A stretch of DNA of 64,000 nt from Curvularia clavata. Lineage: Eukaryota. The notes under the pieces were generated by a model. It was not told where the DNA came from and made no database searches. It saw only the letters and a program-made list of their open reading frames with translations. The stretch lies in assembly GCA_023920165.1 (NCBI GenBank), contig CP089274.1:124001-188000 (forward strand), read 5' to 3'. This document shows positions 1 to 11,793 of the stretch, piece after piece. A program made the translations under genes and the position numbers. Position 1 is the first letter of the stretch. Each line of letters starts with the position of its first letter.

Positions 1-273
1 CACGGACGATGGATGAAGGAGCACAAGGGAGGCCTGGAAGCCGAGCTTCGAAGTGTAGAGAAGGCCGTCCGAAGGATCCAGGCCGAACTAGCCAGGTTAG
101 CGGACGACAACATTTACCGGATTGAATATCTGCTATCTCAACCCGTGGGAAAAAAGGAAAACACAGCACTTACTATTGATTTTGGCGTTAAGGAAATAGA
201 AAATGGGGTTGTAGATGAAGAGATGGAGGATGGCGAGAGTGAGAATGGTGAATGGCTGGGATTTGAAGAATGA
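1..273 (+). CDS. 3' end of a hypothetical protein gene running in from the left edge (acidic C-terminus)
   Basis: Open frame to TGA at 271-273 with protein-like composition (helical segment, then an E/D-rich tail). No family recognised. Confidence 0.35.
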   Translation, partial: HGRWMKEHKGGLEAELRSVEKAVRRIQAELARLADDNIYRIEYLLSQPVGKKENTALTIDFGVKEIENGVVDEEMEDGESENGEWLGFEE

Positions 274-592
274 TACCATTTGTACGAATACGATTATTTA
301 CGAGCAGCTCTCGATATCTCAAAGCTTCGCATTCCCCACCCAGTGCGCAGGGGCACTTGCTTTCCTTTCCCGGCTGGAGTTACCTGATCTTTGTGAACAT
401 GTGGAAACAGCACACCCGTTTTCGCGGCAAGGAAGTCACAATTGACCAGTGTTCACATGCGTGAGTTCAATTCTTTCAGCCAAATACTCCTGGTCCCTCT
501 TCCAGGACCTCTTCCCAGCCAGTTTTAAATCGTTTCTCTGCCATCACTATATTGCCATACGGAGCAGCTCTTCTGCGCCACTGCCTATCGTT

Positions 593-1513
593 ATGGACAA
601 CGACATAGATATGAACCTTGCGCTGCTTCGGATATTGGAGACAGAAGACCAGGGTGCAAACATGGTTTTGAACAATGTGGGATCGCTGGATTCCGTAGTC
701 ATGGGAGCGAGATCAGATACTCCTATGCATCAGTCGCTCGAGTCTCACGCTCTCCTCACCAATCAGCCGTCTTCACCTGTGAACAGAGATGCTTCCATCA
801 GTCCATCGCTTCAAACACTATTGGACTCCGCCGCCAATATGTCTCGATCTTTACCCAACAAGCCACGGTCTCTATCTGAATCCGATGTAAAAAAGGCAGT
901 GAGGGATGCTTCTCTTCTGAGATCACGGCCTCCTCCAGACATCATTGTACGGGATTTTGCTTTCAACCCCTCCACTTCATCCACATCTCCGAGAGTCCAT
1001 CTTCCGACTCCAATCCTGCTTGCTCTTCGAAACCGCATCAGCCAACCCCTCTATCCAGCCAGCCGCATAGTCCCCATCCGCACGCAAGAGCTCGTCCAGC
1101 TGAAAAGCACACTCGAGCGCCTATCTATCGACTCGGCATTACCTGCGGATCTCACCCCCAAACATGTTGGAAAACACCCCATACCCTATACCATGCCCTC
1201 GGCCACCGATCTTGCCAAAATTCTGCACCCAGCCCTCGTTGAAGCCATTCAGTCCTCAACATACAACAGCCTCGTTCCCAAAGACACGCGCTGCTTCTGC
1301 TCCCTCGTCCTGTACGAGATACAGCGTCGCGTATCCGACATCCGGCTCGATATCCACGGACCAAGGGACCACGCTCACTTGCAGTTGCAACTGCGTAGTA
1401 TCCTAACTTCCAACGAGGCCGTGGCGAACAAACTCCTAGCCTTATACGGCGACGCGTTGAGGCTGCATGCGCACGCTCGCACAAATGCCCGGCCGATGCA
1501 GCTGAATTCCTAG
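593..1513 (+). CDS. Hypothetical protein; probably truncated by an in-frame TAG (frame stays open to 1774)
   Basis: Long ORF with likely ATG at 593 (MDNDIDMN). After TAG 1511-1513 the same frame continues as AEIVGMMVEDVF... to 1774. Confidence 0.55.
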   Translation: MDNDIDMNLALLRILETEDQGANMVLNNVGSLDSVVMGARSDTPMHQSLESHALLTNQPSSPVNRDASISPSLQTLLDSAANMSRSLPNKPRSLSESDVKKAVRDASLLRSRPPPDIIVRDFAFNPSTSSTSPRVHLPTPILLALRNRISQPLYPASRIVPIRTQELVQLKSTLERLSIDSALPADLTPKHVGKHPIPYTMPSATDLAKILHPALVEAIQSSTYNSLVPKDTRCFCSLVLYEIQRRVSDIRLDIHGPRDHAHLQLQLRSILTSNEAVANKLLALYGDALRLHAHARTNARPMQLNS

Positions 1514-2377
1514 GCGGAGATTGTCGGGATGATGGTGGAAGATGTGTTCATGTGTGGGCCACACCCTATTTTCGAGCTGGTGGACGGTGCAGATGGTCAG
1601 GGTGGCGGTGGCGGTGTTGAGGGTAATGGTGAGGGGCGAGATGAGCAGGGGAGCAGAAGAGAAGGAAGTGTAAGGACGGCGGTGACGAAGAGGGGGAAGT
1701 TGAGCAGGTTCAAGTATAAAGGGAAGAAGAGGGTGTTTCGCTCAAAGGTGACGAGGTGGGACTTTACTGCCTAGGCGTTGTGGCGGAGAGTCATTATTCC
1801 AGGGTAGGACTTGATGTTTGAGGTGTATTGGCTGAAGGTGCTTCGCGATTTGAGGTCTTTCGTTGCATAGGATGTTGCGTCGTCTATGGTATTGCGTCAC
1901 TGCTGGTACATCACTTAGTTTTAAGAAACCAAATGAGCGGCGCATGCTCTTTTTGTAAGTGCTTTTTTAGTTCGGTGCGCCGGTGATATGCATTTGTGCA
2001 AATAAAATTGTACGAACTATTTTTGGAGTCCGAAATCGATGCAGGGAATAGGTTGATTACAACCGTTGCAAGCAAAGTCGGAAGTTTGAGCTTGAAAATA
2101 ATGAGGACAACCACTGTAGTAAAAGTCATCAAAATTCCAAGATCAGAACAGATAGAGCCAATATACAGAGTTTTCAACAGCATAGTGCTTGCAGGGCATT
2201 TAAGACAAAAACATATTTTCACAAATTTTACACTGAGTATGGCAGCGAAATACTTTGTTTGGGATGTCAAATCGGAAAAAATGCATATTGCCTTGCAAAA
2301 TTGAGATCGTATGTGTAGGCAGCATGATAAAATGGTCGTTTTGGATTTTACATAATCTTACACATCAAAACCATCCT

Positions 2378-3672
2378 CTATCGGCACTTCTCCACTGCCT
2401 CTTTTACCAGATCCACGTACTGAAGTGGGAGAGGTGTTCCATTTCGTGTCACAAGTGTGTCCAGATTACCCACGGCTTGCATCAGGACTTGGTTGACCTT
2501 CGACTCGTACTGCTGTGCCTCATTTGCCATGGACATTTCGCTTCCCAGCACCTTGCGAGACGTCTTGAGCGCGTTCCAAACGATGATGAGTTCGAGTAGT
2601 TCGTGCCCAAATTTGGTTGCAAAACTGATTTGCTTTGTGACGTTCTTAAAATCGGCAGAAGTCTTGGTAGACTGCTGCGAGAGGACATCAAGGCTAGTCT
2701 GAAGAGAAGACGCATGTTAGACCACTTTCAAAGCGTTCAAAAATATGAAACTTACCATATAATTTGTCTGTTTGATTGCAGCCACCAAACGATTGGCCAT
2801 CTTTTTGACATAATCCTTGGCTCCACCATATTTTTCAGCGACTGTGGCTGCCAGTGCGGTAGGTAGCGCAACGACTACAGGATGACCCCTCCAGTCACCC
2901 TTCTCGTTTGCGGTAGCTGCGGATTGGCTGGCGTGATGCTCATCATTCTCCATGAGCTCCGCGATTTGTTTTGCCATTTTCAGTGCTTTCGTGGTCTCCT
3001 CCTGTTCCCAGTCCGCCATTGCAGCCCTGTGGTGCACTCCCGTCAGGACTTCAGTCACAACACCTCTGTTGCTTAGCCGAACTCCCGACGCCTTTGGCCT
3101 TTGGAGCATCTTCAGCACAAGATGATACATGCCCGCCTCATTTAGTTTTCTAACAACCATCTCCTGCCATTTTGTCTTGACCTCAATTCCCGCCTCCACA
3201 AATCCCTCGAGACATCGAACGACATTTTCCCAATCTTCCTTAGTTTCGCTATTTTGCACTACCTCACGGAAGGTTTGCCAGCGATCCGGTAGCCTGTTGC
3301 GATCGAGATGCTCAAGGGGGAGGGTAACGTCGCCAAGCGTGATTTCCACAGGTTCGGCTTCGATTTTGGGCCGGGACTCTTGCGAGTAGACGAGCTTTTG
3401 TTGCTCTTTTGTCAGGTGATATGGGAGCAGGACCTTGGAATTGAAGGTCGAAAGGAGCGCAGAGAGTTCAGGAGAAGACGGCGGCAGGAAGTTGGGGAGT
3501 GCGCCTGCATTGAATTAATTCCAGACGTCTAAAAGAGCACAGTTCGGAAGTGATGCGGACCTCTGTAGTGCGCTGGACTCTGCGAAAAGGCACGTCTCGA
3601 GCTACCCGTGTACAAGCAGACGTAGCGCGAGGATTGGAGTGCCGATTGGCAGCTCCGCCGTATCGAATGCAT
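2378..3672 (-). CDS. Hypothetical protein with a mitochondrial-presequence-like N-terminus (3 exons)
   Basis: ATG at 3672 (MHSIRRSCQSALQSSR..., R/S-rich with no acidic residues). Introns ~3505-3560 and ~2699-2755 (GTAAGT..CTAAC..CAG) join the frames into GALPNFLPPSSPEL...EKCR*; stop at 2378-2380. Confidence 0.7.
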
Positions 3673-3923
3673 CCTGGTGTGCGTGTGAAGGACGCCGTCG
3701 CATGCAATTGTCACAATTCCGAAAATCCATCGCAAACGCGTCAAACGCGCCAAGGCCGACCGGCGGGCAGTTCCCCGCCTCCGACAACCTCAAGCCACGA
3801 CTCCAGCCTCAGTCTGGTTACACAGCCACACTGGGTCCCCTCTTTTCCAGCGACGCAATGTTGGCTGCCAGGAGGAGAAACCGATACAGTTGGTTCTCCC
3901 CACGAGCCAACAAGAACCCCGAC

Positions 3924-4298
3924 ATGGACAACGAGCAAGCCACCTTCTGGCTGGGCCAGTTCATTGGAAAGAACCTGCGGATTCATGCAAGTGATGGCCG
4001 CGTTTTTGGGGGTCAGATGAAATGCACAGACAAGGTGGGTGGCTGATGATGGCCTTGTGGTGTGTATGCTGTTAATGCTAGGTAGGACCGCAACATCATT
4101 CTCGCACTGGCATATGAATACCGCGCTCCTTCAGCCGAGGCCATCCGTAAGGCAGTTGAAGAGTCGGGAAACCAGTCTGCGACAGTGGCATGGAACAGTC
4201 GCTATGTTGGTCTCATCGTTGTGCCGGGGCAGCATATCAAGAAGATTGAATTCGAAGAGAGTACGCTGCCAGGACAAAAGAGCGCGGTTACTTTATAA
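3924..4298 (+). CDS. LSM-domain protein, probably NatC auxiliary subunit (Mak31/Naa38-like)
   Basis: Exon 1 LRIHASDGRVFGGQMKCTDK, intron 4035-4085, exon 2 DRNIILALAYEYR...RYVGLIVVPGQHIKKIE. These are Sm1 and Sm2 motifs; the CTDxxxNIIL and GLIVVPG pattern is typical of Mak31/LSMD1. Head-to-head with the previous gene (251 bp apart). Confidence 0.8.
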
Positions 4299-4732
4299 AG
4301 TGCTCAATATGTCCGTGTGTGCGACAACGGCACTGCAAACCACGTGGCGCTTGTGCGGCATCCGTTTGCACTGTTGGTGAGATGTTTCAAAGAATTGTAA
4401 GTATTGTTCTTAATAGATCCCTGGATCTCATTGATTCTGATATTGTCAGGAACAAACAATAGCAATAGTAAGAGTGGCCCCGTGTACCGTTTGGTAGCGA
4501 GGTGTTCCCCTTCCAATACAAATCATGGCATGCGTCACACGCAGCTCCTCTATATGCTCACATTGAAATCTCTACCTCGAGTCTACTTGCATCTTTCAAT
4601 ATATACTCAATAGAGAGTGGCGGATACAATATCCTCTTTTCCACCACTACCACCATTACTACCTACCGGTAGCCAACATATCACAGCTCATCCTACACGT
4701 CCAAGGAACCAGCACCAAAAGCCAAAGCAACC

Positions 4733-5305
4733 ATGACATTGCATATATCAACAAGTCAGGACCTTTCCGATGAAAACCCGTATTCTCAAAAGACCTCTCG
4801 GCCTTCGCAAGCACACAGGGCTTCGTTTGAAAATTCCTCAAAGATATCCAAGTCCCTCCGAAGAGCGAAAAAGCATCATCTCAAACTCCTTGGACCGGCC
4901 CAGAACAATTCCATCACGGCACCATCAGAGATCGTCTCACCACTCTTGCGCCTACCCGGAGAGATACGTAACCTCATTTACTCTTATGCATTAACATCAC
5001 CTACCTCAACACTCGTTTATGATGCATCAGCGATGCGTTTCCAAACCAGCGATATCGGCCTCGGTCTGCTGTCGTCGTGCCATGCCATAGCGCTCGAAAC
5101 CCAACACCTTCACTTGAGGCTAAACACCCTTGTGTTTGCACTTGAAGACGGTGAAGCATTGAGAAACAGAGAGATGACTGCTATTTTTCGGGGCTTAGGG
5201 AGGCTAGCTTGTGCACGAGGGTGGAGACTTCAGATGGAGATTGCAGTTAGAGATGGACATACTTCTGAGGTTGCAATGCTTGTATGGTCTCACAAGTCAT
5301 TGTAA
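4733..5305 (+). CDS. F-box-like (SPLLxLPxEIRNxIY motif) hypothetical protein
   Basis: SPLLRLPGEIRNLIYSYAL plus a downstream LLSSCHAIALET motif, typical of the expanded fungal F-box-like family. Confidence 0.6.
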   Translation: MTLHISTSQDLSDENPYSQKTSRPSQAHRASFENSSKISKSLRRAKKHHLKLLGPAQNNSITAPSEIVSPLLRLPGEIRNLIYSYALTSPTSTLVYDASAMRFQTSDIGLGLLSSCHAIALETQHLHLRLNTLVFALEDGEALRNREMTAIFRGLGRLACARGWRLQMEIAVRDGHTSEVAMLVWSHKSL

Positions 5306-7403
5306 AGTTACAGCGATTTTCGACCAACGCTAAGAGCAGAGCAATCTGAACACGTACTGCGGTTGCAAACAACATGATAGTCGAATATAGTATTATCGAT
5401 GTATTTCCGACCAGTAAACATATATGCCAAGTATGCTTGCTTAGTCCCTGCACTCTAAGTATGACTAGATGTCGCTGTCTTGTTCTGCTTCCAGAAAGGC
5501 TCGGTACAATTTCCGCCGACAGATCCAAAATTTCGGTCATCACACTACTAAATGTACTCTCAATTTGGTTGAGCACCCTATTAAGTAAGCACGCGTCGGG
5601 GAGACGGTTCAATTCCGGGCTTCGCTAAAGTCATTCATGGCAAAGGAAGCAAGTACGACACGTAGCACTTTTGGCAAAATAGTAAACAGCTGTGGAAGTA
5701 GGAGCCGAGGTGACATACCGAAATGTGCCCTGAATCCTTCATACGAGGAGCATAAACAATCTACAGGGGTAAAATTATCCGAGTCATGGTTTCTAGGTTC
5801 TACCCGCTTCCGCAGACAGTAGCTCACATGTGTTAGCATTCCCAAGTAGGCATGAAATCAGATTTCTCGGCACAGCTTCTTTAAACACCCCTAAGAAGTC
5901 CGGGGTTCGAAGGACTAACCCAGATACGTCCAAGATGAACGTCACAACTGTATAAGCGAGTGCGTCTACAGCCCCGTTCACCGGCATCCGCGCCGCAATG
6001 CTGCCGCTCCGCCACTGCGTGTTCCCCTTCGTGCTACTACAAATCTACTAACGCCCTCTACCCTGCACATGCAGATGAGCCATTTTCCCGCTGAATGAGC
6101 TTCTGCATACTCTGCGCGTTTCGAACACCAATTGGCTGAGTAGCTCGCCAGCTGGTTGTTCTGGTTCTTGTTATTCATGCTAGAAACTGGGTCTTTCGAG
6201 TCATGGTTGGCCTTGGGAGGGGATCATGCCTGATGATCATGTTTCTTCACATGTAAGCCGACGTAACCCCTGACATAAAATCTCTTGTCCGGCTCTCGAC
6301 CACTGCGTCTACCTCAACAAATAGTTCCAGCATCGCACATTGGATTTTCAAGTTTATGAGACTACCTTCATATACAGTGACATAGCCAATGAGCGCATCT
6401 TAAAGTCGTCCAGCTGTTTGTCACCCGTCCTACCTCTCAGTACAACAGAAAATGTGAAACCCAGCGCGAAGGTCTCCGAACGCCGAGATGGATATGTCGT
6501 TAGCACTCCAATCATTTTTTTGCGTCCTCAACGCGATCGACAGACCCAAGAGTGCGAGCGCCGCACTGGGATGACGTCTTTGCATTCAATCCTCATACAA
6601 AAGCAGCCCAAACAATTTTCGCCCGTGACACGAGAATCCATGCAAGAGGTAGAGAAATACGCTATACAATCTTTGAATCTCACGATATCAAATCCAAGAC
6701 TGCCGCTGATGCTTCTAAGAATATGCCAAAACAACAGATTCCTAGTCCGTTCGCACCTCGATATTTACTCAATTCTATCGCGATGATGCAGCTTCGTGGA
6801 AGACGAAAATCAAATTTGATGAACGAGATTCATAATTTCATGGGATTCAAGACTTCAGCTGAGACGGAGATGACCAAAACTGCTGCAAAGACCTGCTATC
6901 TCAAATTTTGAAGGTCCTTAATTCTATATTGAAAACTCCAGCCTCTCCCAGATTTCTCCATAGCACACTCAAGACTCTAAGCGACGAGGCGATTGGCAAC
7001 TTAGCTGCAGTTCGTATGTTCGGCGGAAAACCATGTAGATGTAAGATGGAAGGTACCTGGGAATACGAGCTGCAAGACAGGGCGAGTTTTAGCAAGGGGC
7101 GGCCCCACTATAGACACGACTCCTGCATCTTATCATAGTCTATGTAGGCGAAGGAACACCCCCCTTGTACTACACGTCTTCTGCGACCGCCAAGGTCAAT
7201 TTAATGCACGTCGTAGGTAGGCAATACTCGGGACGGTTAGCATGTACAATAAATGTGGAGCCAAAACGCTGTTAAAACTCGTACATGAAAGTCAGCAAAA
7301 TTATAAACTACATTTATCCAGCACTGAACTTCCGTCTCTTCTCTGTCCTTGCGACATAACTTTCACTCCTTGATTGAAATCAGAACTATACTCATCCATC
7401 GTC

Positions 7404-8744
7404 ATGAAAGTAAGAGACCATTCACGGATTGTGATAAAGTCTCTGGACTCCATCCAACCCACGACCTTCCCTAGCGATGCCGAGCGGTATGAAGTTAAAG
7501 AAGCGGCTCGACGTCTTTTGAGTCGCCTAGAGAATCCATTCGAGCAAAGTTGGAGACTTTCTGTAGAAACTCCTGTTCTCATTGCTGGTGTTCAGACGGC
7601 GCTCGACCTGGGAATTTGGGAGAAGTGGACTGAAGCGGACAAGGCGAAACCAGGCGCGGCTGTGAACTTGGAGCAGTTGGTCAAGTGGGCCAACAAGGAG
7701 GTCGAGCCAAATCTGCTGCGTAAGTTTCGACATGAGTACCTAAGTGAGCAGGAGAGGAAGAATTAAATACTAATTTTATGATTCGTAGGAAGACTCTTCA
7801 GACATCTTGCTGCGCTCAACGTCCTCGAAGAAACCGATGTGGATACCTGGAAGCCTACACCTTACACACTCTCGGTCGGAGATACTGAATCGGGCATACC
7901 CATAATCACACAATGCGGGTACGTTCACATTTTTAAATGCGTTTCCTTCACGACCTACTAAAATCCACTTAGCATTGACCACACAATCCCCGCACCACTC
8001 AACCTCCCCAGTTTTCTCAAAAAGCACAACTACCGCGAGCCGGTTGATCCGAAATCCTTTGACAACTATAGCGACATGAACGGTGGTACTGATCTCCATA
8101 CTCTCTGCACTGCGGATCCCGAGGGCAAAGGGCGCAGCTACATGGGGATTATGCAAGCATTGGAAAACCACAAGATGCCCTGGACAGACATATATGATAC
8201 ACAAGAAATTATCGACGGGGCCGACATGGCGCCCGGAAAACCGTTGTTGGTGAAAATCAGCAACGCGCATAGCCGCGACGCAACACGATTGTTGGAAGAG
8301 AATCCAGATCTCCCAGAGGGTGTGCTCATCGTTCAGGGCCCTCCTGAAGTCATTGATAACGATGCTGAGAGTACGGACCCACGCATTGTGAAACAAGCAT
8401 ACGACTACTTGGCCCCTCAACCTCAATTGCACGCTCGCGCCTATCTAATCCATGCTGTACTATACGAAAAGCAGGATGCGGAATGTGTACGCCTGCTTTC
8501 GAATATCAAAGCTGCCTTCAAGCCGGGCTATTCTAAGTTGTTGATCTACGAGATCGTGCTGCCGGAGAAGGGGGCGGCGAGTCTTACGACAACCGTGGAT
8601 TTGCAGGTGATGAGTTGTAGAAGCAAGAGGGTGAGGACAGAAGAGCAATGGGGAAAGCTGTTGGCTGAAGCTGGGTTCAAGATTGTTCATCTTAGGAGTC
8701 ATCCTCGAGCGGTGGAAAGCATCATTGAAGCAGATTTGGCGTAG
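7404..8744 (+). CDS. O-methyltransferase-fold protein (Methyltransf_2-like) with degenerate SAM-binding and catalytic motifs; 3 exons
   Basis: Introns 7720-7788 and 7919-7972 give one intact frame. N-terminal dimerisation/winged-helix region (RRLFRHLAALNVLEETDVDTWKPT) and C-terminal PQP..ARAY, FKPGYSKLLIYEIVLP and RTEEQWGKLLAEAGF are typical of fungal OMTs. Confidence 0.8.
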
Positions 8745-9665
8745 GACAGTCGCAGCGATTGGAATAAGGGTTGATTTTCACATACTACTTTACATCATAC
8801 TCGAGGCTCACGTCTCAAGTTGAGATGTCGATGCGCAGCATCAGATTCTTGGGAGATAGTAGCATCATTCAATGCCCATGTATCGCCATTGCGCTCGCAT
8901 AACAGTGTCACTAACATATCTATTATCTCTGCAGTAAACTGATTTGTTATCAGATTTTTAGTGACACAAAACAATGCAAAGGCATGTATCCAAGCTTTTC
9001 CACTAGTCGCCTGGGATCACTCTTCGCCTTCCCACATGCAGGGAATTTATCTCGTCATCTTCTCAATACAGCCCTATCTCAAAAAAACTCATTATTTTTG
9101 AGGCGCATGTCGCCCATTGCCTCAGACAAATATCATGAAGATTAGAGATGTCCAGTTCATTTAGTTAGTCAATGACACTGTTCGCTTTACTGGAAACGGA
9201 GTGGGCATTGAAGCCTTGGAAACTTTGGCGCTTGACAAAAGATGTGATATGTGGAGTCGCTCTTTCCTCGCGCACCGCTATTCTCAATCCTATAGATTTG
9301 GTCATTGTACCACATCTACGACAAAATGGCAACATTTTTCGCGCATATCTTACGGCGATAAGGTCTATGGTATTGCCATCTGGGAAAGTTGAATATTAAT
9401 GGCATGAGTAGTTTCAAATTCCATGGTCATATCTTGACAACATTGCTCTTACTTTTGGGAACTAGAAGGTACTCATTGACGAGCAGGTTTGTGTACGAGT
9501 CTTTGGCTAAATTACAAGAAAGCGAAGATGTAACATTGTTACTCAGGTAGGGTAGGACCATAATGAAGGAAATCATAAGTAGTCTATCAAGGTGTGGCCC
9601 AGCCACAGTGTAGATAGGACGGGGAGGGGTGTTGTGCCGGACATGGGATATGTACACACATCCCA

Positions 9666-10284
9666 TCATCCTGCCATGGTAACAGAGCGGTGGGACAAAG
9701 CCAGGTGCAATTCCCAGACATGTTCGATCAGCTCTTTTCCGTCAGGGAAGAACTCGATGTTGCAGCACCAGTAGGCGTTGTTCACCCAGTTCCAGTGATG
9801 TGATAGGTGCTTGTCGCGGTAGTGGTTGGCGAAGTGTTTAAGGTACCTGTGAGTCGTAGCGCAGGAAGGATGGAACCAAGAGCAATGTCTCACGGGAAAA
9901 GACGCGCGCCTCGTGGTGGTTTGGCGTGGACGGCCATGGTCGTGTGACTGCAGAGAGTTGGGCGTGCCAGTCACGGCAGTCGAGGTAGTGCTTTGGGCGT
10001 TCAAGTTTGTGAGCGTAGCCGACAGCGCGTTGTTGGCTTGAGAAAGCTCCAAGTGTTCGTGGTGTAGTTGGTTGGGCGCGCGGACATGGTAAATGTGCTG
10101 CGTAACATCATGGGCAGGAGGTTCGGTGCAGCTGCGAGTGGCCGTGTCTGATAGAATCTAAGTATGGTAATGACGGTGATGGAGATGCAAGCATACGAGT
10201 GCAACCCTCGGCGAGCTGTGCAATCAAGTCCCTTCTCAAGGTACAATGACAACAATGGCATTGTGGGGTCGGAGGATCCATCAT
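9666..10284 (-). CDS. Small Cys/His-rich protein with C2H2-like zinc-finger(s); 2 exons
   Basis: ATG at 10284 (MMDPPTPQCHCCHC...). Intron 10148-10196 (GTATGC..CAG) joins in frame to the 9666-10052 ORF, which has CSWFHPSC..FANHYRDKH and CCNIEFF..LIEHVWELH. Confidence 0.55.
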
Positions 10285-11503
10285 GGTGGATCGGCGACAG
10301 GCTCAGTAGCGTGGGATGGATGGTCAATGATGGAATGCGTCGATGGCTTGCTTTTGGTCGAGCATAGAACGGGCTGATGCTCGTGTGGAAAATGAGAAAG
10401 CCATGGGCGAGCAGTTGATGTTTATATATGCGACCTGGAGCAGAACGTTGGCGGTTTGCTCCAGGTGAAGTGAAAAAAAGTTGTCCACTCAAGTAGAACT
10501 AAAACTGTGTATTGAACTGTGTATTGTGTTAGCGGCACCCCGGTTAGGGCAAGGGCATGGTTTTGGAATAATCAGACCTAATCCTACACTCTCACGGCAC
10601 CGTGACGGGCCATGTTACTTGTATGCTGCCAAGCTCGCGTCGTGCTCAGAGGGCCAGATATGCCCGCAGAATCCGGATTTCTATTACAAAATGTAAAAGC
10701 AATCTCCTGTGTCGTCGATACCCCCTGTGTTGGTGGTGTTCTGCGATGTCCTCAGAGGCCGTGTTGCAGGGCCGCATTGGCCTCCGCCTGTACGTAGCTG
10801 CGGGGGAGTCTACTAGCGGCGCGCACAGATCATAAGGTGCGTGCAAATCCGTCAGCTGAAATGTCGCCGCTCAGACGCCAGATGGCTTCGCAACACCAAA
10901 CCGCAGCTACAGTTTCTGAATTCATGAAAATTAGAAAGAGTTGGACCAAGGCACAGTGTCCTGGCATCGGCCGCAGGCGGATCCGCGCGGCGTGATGTAC
11001 CCTGGGTGAGGGCAAACCGAAGATGGCCTCGAAGCATCAGTACGTACGTAGAAGCGCTACGCAAAGAAAACGTTTCATCCTGGAGCACCGAGTCATTGTC
11101 GCGCCCATTTGCTGGTGGCTGTCCACTCATTGTTTATTTTTGGTTGCCCGCTTGGACCGTGCCGGTAGGCCCGACATATACATATTTCTTGTGTCGATAT
11201 CAGTTGACCGCAATTCCCTGTTGAAAATCAGGAACAATCTTGTGGAATTCTTACGGCAACTTTGACCGCTACAATAGACTCTTCATATTCGCCTTCCATT
11301 CGCAGTGTATCCACTTGCAATGTCGAATTGCTTTGGATTTCACGGGAAATTGGGCAAGAGCGCAACGCTCTAATGGCCGTATGTTCGCTCATAAAGCTGA
11401 TGCTCCCTCACAGAAGACAGCGCAACATCGCCTCTTATTGCTTGCGTGAACAAGGCCAACTCTACATCGTCGTCAATCCGTCCTCTTCGATATATCGAAC
11501 AAA

Positions 11504-11793
11504 ATGAACTGCACTGCACCTGCTATGCTAGCCCGTGCCAGTAGCGCCGGGGGAATCAGTGGAGACACCATCGCGAACATCACCCTTGGCGTCGTTAACA
11601 TCACCATGGCCGCCGCTCAGCTTTTGCTGGGATATTTGACCTATCGAACGTCGCGCAGTGAGTGACTTCAACATCTGGCCCTGCCATGAACGACATACTT
11701 ACAAACTTAGCAACGCAATTCCGAGAGCCCTACAGTAGCTATGAACCCTACCGCGGAAACGCTGCGAGACGCCAACAGCAGCAGTCAAGTTAG
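11504..11793 (+). CDS. Possible small single-pass membrane protein (about 78 aa, 2 exons)
   Basis: ATG at 11504, hydrophobic IANITLGVVNITMAAAQLLLGYLTY followed by basic residues, putative intron 11658-11710 (GTGAGT..TAG). Confidence 0.3.

Noticed and set aside
1790..2304. AT-rich stretch with a C2H2-like fragment (CTNAYHRRTELKKHLQKEH) on the minus strand
   Set aside because: Only one incomplete finger, with no start or splice structure that I could build; possibly a decayed gene but not supportable.
5374..7138. Several 60-150 aa ORFs
   Set aside because: No recognisable motifs or consistent exon chain.
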